NCBI GenBank assembly: GCA_965602015.1
Contig: OZ271918.1
Span: 1,376,001 to 1,440,000 of the forward strand
Direction: 5' to 3'
DNA from: Salinispira sp.
GTDB lineage: Bacteria; Spirochaetota; Spirochaetia; DSM-27196; Salinispiraceae
Length of the DNA: 64,000 nt
Part shown: one piece after another, positions 58,547 through 64,000 of the stretch
Layout: each line of letters starts with the position of its first letter
How positions within the stretch are numbered: the first letter of the stretch is position 1
Position numbers and translations under genes: made by a program
The notes under the pieces: model-generated
Seen by the model: only the letters and a program-made list of their open reading frames with translations
Told to the model about the DNA's origin: nothing
Database searches by the model: none

Positions 58547-59716
58547 TTAAAATAGCCCGTCTGTATCAGACTCTTTTTCCGGGGCCTTGACCTTTTTGCC
58601 TTTTGCCTCATCTTCCTCTGTGTTCTTGCTTTCCGGCGATTTCTTTTTATCAGCGTCCTCGTCGCCGATGAGAATTTCATTGGGGAACATTTGGGCTCTG
58701 AGCTTTGTGTCTATTTCCTTGTACAGCTCGGGATTGGCCTCGAGATATTCCTTGGCATTGTCTTTTCCCTGACCGATGCGCTCATCTCCGTAGGAGTACC
58801 AGCTGCCGCTTTTATTTATGTATCCGTATTTTACCGCCGCATCCAGGAGCGAACCGGTCGCCGAAACTCCCTTCCCAAAAATAATGTCCATCTCGACGCG
58901 CTTAAATGGGGGGGCGACCTTGTTTTTTACGACTTTCACTCGGACAGTATTTCCGACGGCATTATCGGTCCCCTTTGATATGGTTTCGACTTTTCTCACT
59001 TCCAGGCGCACCGAAGCGTAAAACTTAAGGGCGTTACCACCAGTCGTGGTTTCGGGATTTCCGAACATAACGCCGATTTTCATGCGGATCTGGTTGATAA
59101 AAAAGAGACATGATCCGGATTTCGAAATAGTACCGGTGAGTTTTCTCAAGGCCTGGCTCATAAGCCTGGCCTGTAAACCCACATGGCTGTCGCCCATATC
59201 TCCGTTGATTTCCGCCTGGGGGGTTAAGGCAGCTACCGAGTCAACGACGATGATGTCCATACTTCCGGAGCGCACCAGAGTTTCGGCTATTTCCAGGGCC
59301 TGCTCACCGTTGTCCGGCTGGCTGACCCATAGCTCATCGATGTTTACCCCGAGGTTTTTCGCATAGACCGGATCCAATGCATGCTCTGCATCGATAAAGG
59401 CAGCAATGCCGCCCCTTCGCTGGGCTTCGGCAATTGCGTGCAAAGCCAGGGTGGTCTTACCCGAAGATTCCGGACCGTAGATCTCAATAATTCTTCCTTT
59501 TGGATAGCCCCCCAAACCGAGGGCTTCGTCCAGAATTATGGATCCGCTGGGTATGCACTCTATTTCCATATTTCGGACCCCGCTGCCCAGTTTCATCAGC
59601 GAGCCCTTGCCATACTGCTGTTCTATTTGCAACCGGGCGGCTTCAAGGGCTTTTTGCTTATCTGCTTCCGACGCGGGGCTTGCGGTTTCTTTATTGACGG
59701 TGCTGCGTTTTGCCAT
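58547..59716 (-). CDS. recA: Recombinase RecA
   Basis: [45 protein letters not shown] before ATG 59716; charged C-terminal tail. Confidence 0.98.
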   Translation of the reverse strand: MAKRSTVNKETASPASEADKQKALEAARLQIEQQYGKGSLMKLGSGVRNMEIECIPSGSIILDEALGLGGYPKGRIIEIYGPESSGKTTLALHAIAEAQRRGGIAAFIDAEHALDPVYAKNLGVNIDELWVSQPDNGEQALEIAETLVRSGSMDIIVVDSVAALTPQAEINGDMGDSHVGLQARLMSQALRKLTGTISKSGSCLFFINQIRMKIGVMFGNPETTTGGNALKFYASVRLEVRKVETISKGTDNAVGNTVRVKVVKNKVAPPFKRVEMDIIFGKGVSATGSLLDAAVKYGYINKSGSWYSYGDERIGQGKDNAKEYLEANPELYKEIDTKLRAQMFPNEILIGDEDADKKKSPESKNTEEDEAKGKKVKAPEKESDTDGLF

Positions 59717-59768
59717 TGTTCCTCCGGTAGTACTACGTTGCGAATAATGATTTTGCTTTAGTTGGTAG

Positions 59769-59797
59769 AGTATAATTTTACGCAAAGGACAGGTCAA
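59769..59797 (-). promoter_or_regulatory. sigma70 promoter of recA
   Basis: Minus strand TTGACC-N17-TATACT. Confidence 0.7.
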
Positions 59798-59847
59798 GCT
59801 GGGTTTTCCGCTGGAAGATAATCCTAAAGCCGAATATGATAAGGACT

Positions 59848-60963
59848 ATGAGATACAGCAACGGCCTGATCTTAGCATCTACCCGATCCATGGAGGATTA
59901 CCGCGACAGGGTAGCGTATCATTTGCGTACCTTTCCGGAGTACTATGCGAACCATCGGCATGAGGAAGACTACTCAAATATTTCCAGGAACCTCATCGTT
60001 CAAACCTTCGCAGACGGCGAAATGGAAGTCGAAGCGCCGTTCTCGGTCCGCAACCGGGATGTATTTCTCATCGGCGGGTCGGGACGGAACGCTGCGGGTA
60101 TAAGTCAGGACGAGTGTAAAATCGAGTTGTATCATGCCATCGACTGCATCAAGCGTGGTTCTCCCAAACGCCTTACGCTCATAGAACCCTATTTATCGCC
60201 CTCCAGATCAGACCGCACAACTCGCCGCAATTCCGTCGGTTTTTGGATTCATACCAAAATTCTCTCAAGCCTCGGCGCTGACAGTCTGCTCACATATCAG
60301 ATGCATTCGGATAAGTCGAAGACCGCAATTGACCCCCTCATTTGTCAGATGGAGGATTTGCCGGCAATACCGATGATGATGGAGTATATAACCAGGGAAA
60401 TCATTTGTACCGGAGAAAGCTGGGAATCCGTCAAACGCGAGTGGGTATTCTGCTCAGTTGACGCCGGGGGAGAGAGTATGGCGAGACGGTACTCCAGGGC
60501 TTTTGGGGTCCCGCTGATAATTGCTCATAAGCAACGGGACTACCGCTCGGCAAATACCGTGAAGCAAATCAATATCCTGTCCGACACCAATCTTGCGGGT
60601 AAAACGGTTTGGATAGTAGATGATATGATAGACACCGGGGGATCGGTGGTTGCCCTGGTTAATGAGCTGAACCGGCGGGATGTGGGCAGGGTAAATATGG
60701 CGGCCATACATCCGGTGCTTTCAGGACCGGCGGTACAACGGCTGCGGGAGCTTCATGACCGGGGATTGCTATCTGAGCTGCTTTTTCTGGATACGGTGAG
60801 TCTCACCGATGAAATTCTCAGTGAGCTGCCATTTATCCATGTGGTGACATCGAGCAAGCAAACCGCTGAAATCATTATGAGCGTTCACGAAAATCTCTCG
60901 CTCTCGCCGTTTTTTGCCGATTTTTCCGTCGAAGAGTACTTAAAAAATCCCCCCATCGACTAG
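59848..60963 (+). CDS. prs: Ribose-phosphate pyrophosphokinase (divergent)
   Basis: FADGE, PY...SRSDR, DAGG, HKQRDY, VDDMIDTGGS; start 59836 or 59848. Confidence 0.88.
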   Translation: MRYSNGLILASTRSMEDYRDRVAYHLRTFPEYYANHRHEEDYSNISRNLIVQTFADGEMEVEAPFSVRNRDVFLIGGSGRNAAGISQDECKIELYHAIDCIKRGSPKRLTLIEPYLSPSRSDRTTRRNSVGFWIHTKILSSLGADSLLTYQMHSDKSKTAIDPLICQMEDLPAIPMMMEYITREIICTGESWESVKREWVFCSVDAGGESMARRYSRAFGVPLIIAHKQRDYRSANTVKQINILSDTNLAGKTVWIVDDMIDTGGSVVALVNELNRRDVGRVNMAAIHPVLSGPAVQRLRELHDRGLLSELLFLDTVSLTDEILSELPFIHVVTSSKQTAEIIMSVHENLSLSPFFADFSVEEYLKNPPID

Positions 60964-60994
60964 GGAGTGGCCGCTGCCTCCGTCCGCCAACGCT

Positions 60995-61444
60995 TTAGAA
61001 TTCTTTACGCGAATCGATGAGCAGGGTGACCGGACCGTCATTTATCAATGTGACCTTCATCATTTCCTGAAACTCTCCAAATGAGACCCGGGGATACCGG
61101 TTACTGAACTCCCTCGCAAGGTCCTGGAAAATAACCCGGGCTTCGTCCGGGCTGGCCGCGCGATTGTAACTGGGCCTGCGGCCCTTGCGGGTGTCACCGT
61201 AGAGTGTAAACTGGCTCACTACCAACGCGGAAAAACCAGATTCCACGAGGCTATGATTCATGACGCCATCGTCATCGGGGAAAATCCTGAGATTAAGCGT
61301 CTTTGAAACGATGTACTCTATGTCACGCGTGCTGTCATCGGCTGCAATGCCCACCAGTATTAAGGAGCCCTTTCCGATCTCCGACACCTTCCGGGAATCA
61401 ATACTTACCGAAGCGGCGTAAACCCGCTGAACCACAGCGCGCAT
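60995..61444 (-). CDS. dtd: D-aminoacyl-tRNA deacylase
   Basis: MRAVVQRV, VVSQFTL, GRRPS, NDGPVT. Confidence 0.95.
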   Translation of the reverse strand: MRAVVQRVYAASVSIDSRKVSEIGKGSLILVGIAADDSTRDIEYIVSKTLNLRIFPDDDGVMNHSLVESGFSALVVSQFTLYGDTRKGRRPSYNRAASPDEARVIFQDLAREFSNRYPRVSFGEFQEMMKVTLINDGPVTLLIDSRKEF

Positions 61445-62532
61445 TACTCACTGCTCCGAATTCTTCTCATTGAGCTGCCCTGTATACGGATTTCATCATC
61501 ACGGGTAGAGATGCGCCCGATGAGCTCAACGGATTCGCCGCCGGCAAGGCTGACGGGAAAATCAATGCTGACCGGCACCCGGCCTTCGACTACCCTGCCG
61601 CTTTCGAATCCTACCAACAAATCAAAAGAGATGAGATCGTCCTGGATAATGACATTGGCCACCCTCCCCCGCCATCGTATGTACACCCCGTGATGAAGGG
61701 CCGGATCCTCCTCCACTTCCGAGTATTCGAACCCATCGGCAAAATTGGTGAAGTCCGGTGCCGATAGCTGATTTAACAGCAGGGCAATTCTGTCTTTTAC
61801 TTCCAACGGGGCGTTGGACATCAGAATGCGATTACCGCGATATCGAACCAAATTATCCCGATACTGACGGAAATACCGTTCTATTTGCTGCATTTCCCGT
61901 TCAAGTTCCTGATCGCTGAGGATTATTGTTGCGAACCGTGAATAATCACCCTGGCTATAGTCCTCCACGCTAAAGCTGAGAAGCTCCTGCCCCTGGCGGT
62001 ATTCCCCGGGATCGAGGATTTCACGGAGGATAAGGACAGCGCCAAGCGAGAGAATTGAGGTAATGACGATTACCGCAGCGAATCGTTTGATGATCCGGGA
62101 TATCAACCGCGGATGAGGAGGAAGAATAGCGGCGTACTTCTTGTCTTCAATTATTTCCAGCCAATCCTCTTCAGCGAGAAGCTTAGCCATATTCAACGCT
62201 TTTTTTGCCCGTTTATTTTCCGGGTCGACATCCAGCACCTCGAGCCAAAGCCGCAGGGCTTCAGTGGTTTTACGTCTACGGAGCATTACGAGGGCGAGGC
62301 CCAGCATTGCTTCGATATCCTGATTATCCAGGTCTTTTGCACGCTGGAAATAGCTGTACGCGCCGCCGAAGTCGCCGGTATACAGGCAGGAAAAACCGAG
62401 CAGTTTATGAAATCTGGGTTCCTTTCTGTAGAGAAATATCTGCGGGCTGAGAAGCGAGATTACCTGGGAGTACTTTTTTGCTGCGAACAGGATCCCGGCT
62501 TCCTGCACATCGCTTTTCCGCTTCGGCTTCAT
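61444..62532 (-). CDS. TPR-containing membrane protein with C-terminal OB-like domain
   Basis: N-terminal TPRs, central TM, WRGRVAN..DLLVG..GRV..G.VPV. Confidence 0.7.
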   Translation of the reverse strand: MKPKRKSDVQEAGILFAAKKYSQVISLLSPQIFLYRKEPRFHKLLGFSCLYTGDFGGAYSYFQRAKDLDNQDIEAMLGLALVMLRRRKTTEALRLWLEVLDVDPENKRAKKALNMAKLLAEEDWLEIIEDKKYAAILPPHPRLISRIIKRFAAVIVITSILSLGAVLILREILDPGEYRQGQELLSFSVEDYSQGDYSRFATIILSDQELEREMQQIERYFRQYRDNLVRYRGNRILMSNAPLEVKDRIALLLNQLSAPDFTNFADGFEYSEVEEDPALHHGVYIRWRGRVANVIIQDDLISFDLLVGFESGRVVEGRVPVSIDFPVSLAGGESVELIGRISTRDDEIRIQGSSMRRIRSSE

Positions 62533-62543
62533 CTAAGTGCCCG

Positions 62544-63653
62544 CTAGTCCGGAATGTTGTTCTGAACAGTCTCCAATATGCTTTCTAGAGCCTGTACCTC
62601 AGAGCGGCTGAGTGTTGACCGGGACCTGAGAAGCGCATCTATCTGATCGATCAGCGCGTTGAGCGTGTCGATTTCCTGCAGATACGGAGCAATGATTCGG
62701 ATTTCATCGGGGGATAGGCCGCTGCTGGCTTCCGGTTCATCTTCTTCAATAGTATCTTCGACTATTGCTATTTCGACTGCTCTTTGGGCTTCTCCGTCAA
62801 TTACCCGTGCTGTTCCATTGGCCAATGCGAGCTGCACCGACGGGATTTCCGAGGGGTCATCGATAAAACTTACATAGAGACGATAGCGGATTTCATCCTG
62901 GGGCCCCAAAACTTCGGGGCCATAATACATTGCTAAGGCGCTGTCATTAATACTGAAGGGCAGAAGATTGAAGTTTCTGTTTTCCTGAGTTTCATAATCC
63001 CAGCTGGCCTCGCTTAATCGTTTCCAGTTCGCGCTGAGGGCCGTACGGGGTGCTGTGGCACCGGAGCCCGCCAGGGTCAGCAGCAGCCCGTAATCGCCAT
63101 TATAGCTGAGAATCCAGGATTCGCTGCTGTTTGGTGAAAACTGGTACTCCCGGGTAATCGACGGATTGCGGGAGGTGGAGAAATGTCCCGGTCTTTGCTC
63201 CCCCAATGTAGTATCGAGTATCATGCGCAGTTCCGCCTGCGCCTGAGGCGTATCAATATTAACCAGGCTAAGATCGACGGCAATTCCGGCTATGCTGCCG
63301 TTGGGCCCTTCGATGAAGGAAAAGCGCTGCTGATGTCGAAGGTTTTCAATTGAGTATTGGGTTATGATTGAATCCTGAAATTCCTGAACGCTGACTACGA
63401 AGTCCTTATCGTCGGTGAATCTGATTACTGCATCGCCGTAACGCATCGAAACCGAACTGGTTCGGGGATTTTCGGTAAAGAACAACGGCAAGCGCCGGCC
63501 ATCCCGCTGGTATTCTACGGCGAAATGTCCGCTCTGATCTCCGATTGTGAGGATGTAGTTATCAACTTCAATTTCAATTGCACCGGCTGTGCCGATGCTT
63601 ACGAGCAGACTGATGCTAAAAACCAGAAATGTCCTGCAATAACCTAATCTCAT
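62544..63653 (-). CDS. Exported hypothetical protein
   Basis: Signal-peptide-like N-terminus from ATG 63653; DTTLGE, ANWKRL, PFSINDSA. Confidence 0.7.
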   Translation of the reverse strand: MRLGYCRTFLVFSISLLVSIGTAGAIEIEVDNYILTIGDQSGHFAVEYQRDGRRLPLFFTENPRTSSVSMRYGDAVIRFTDDKDFVVSVQEFQDSIITQYSIENLRHQQRFSFIEGPNGSIAGIAVDLSLVNIDTPQAQAELRMILDTTLGEQRPGHFSTSRNPSITREYQFSPNSSESWILSYNGDYGLLLTLAGSGATAPRTALSANWKRLSEASWDYETQENRNFNLLPFSINDSALAMYYGPEVLGPQDEIRYRLYVSFIDDPSEIPSVQLALANGTARVIDGEAQRAVEIAIVEDTIEEDEPEASSGLSPDEIRIIAPYLQEIDTLNALIDQIDALLRSRSTLSRSEVQALESILETVQNNIPD

Positions 63654-63657
63654 ATAA

Positions 63658-64000
63658 TCAGTTGCCCTGTCCGTTTTGAAAGTCCTGTACCAGGACTTCA
63701 AGTTCTGAAATCAGCCCTTCCTTTAATGCCAGGCTGCGCTCCTTCAAACGCAATAATTCTAAACGCAGGGCAAAGTCAGGATCGCTGGAGGCTACAACGA
63801 CGCGTTGCGGCGAACCGCCGGCGGAAGCCGATTGGCTTCGGTTCTCCAGATTTCTGATCTGATTTTCCATACGACGTATGGTGTTGCTGTATTCATCGAT
63901 TTGCTGCTCAAGGCTATCATTGAGCGCTTCGAGGTCCTGAACCTGGGACAGCAAGCCGTCAATCTCTTCCCTGAACGCACCGTCGGATAAATTCGCCAGC
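63658..64000 (-). CDS. Coiled-coil hypothetical protein (3' part; extends past the window end)
   Basis: The frame of ORF 63658-63954 stays open to base 64000. Confidence 0.65.
   Translation of the reverse strand, partial: LANLSDGAFREEIDGLLSQVQDLEALNDSLEQQIDEYSNTIRRMENQIRNLENRSQSASAGGSPQRVVVASSDPDFALRLELLRLKERSLALKEGLISELEVLVQDFQNGQGN

Overview
Core chromosomal segment of a spirochaete, most consistent with a free-living Spirochaetaceae (Spirochaeta/Salinispira-like). Evidence: FlaB-type periplasmic flagellin, BpuR, a DUF5312-like gene, and the spirochaete gene orders ffh-rpsP-khpA-rimM-trmD-rplS...coaD-rpmF-acpP-rnc-cca, mltG-dnaG-rpoD-Zn ribbon-rnpB-TPR-mreBCD-pbp2-rodA and recA-scpAB-rluB-cmk-rpsA. 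It holds about 55 CDS, 3 tRNAs (none encodes CCA) and RNase P RNA. The only clearly accessory element is a 1,252-bp IS1/IS1595-like insertion sequence (16639-17890) with perfect 21-bp terminal inverted repeats, no target duplication, an atypical catalytic motif and an orphan copy of its end 30 kb away (46412-46433). Other observations: an unannotated FlgM-like microprotein in a FliK-like/FlhB-C/degenerate HD-GYP/YraN cluster; a 1,327-aa barrel + 8 Ig-repeat + OmpA envelope protein with alternating repeat lengths; an SMC without a canonical hinge; a minimised RNase P RNA; several apparently leaderless genes; sigma28 and CsrA sites; and a probable pseudogene before mazG. No CRISPR array, prophage, rRNA or recognisable defence system was seen. 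All calls come from reading motifs by eye; no database search was run.
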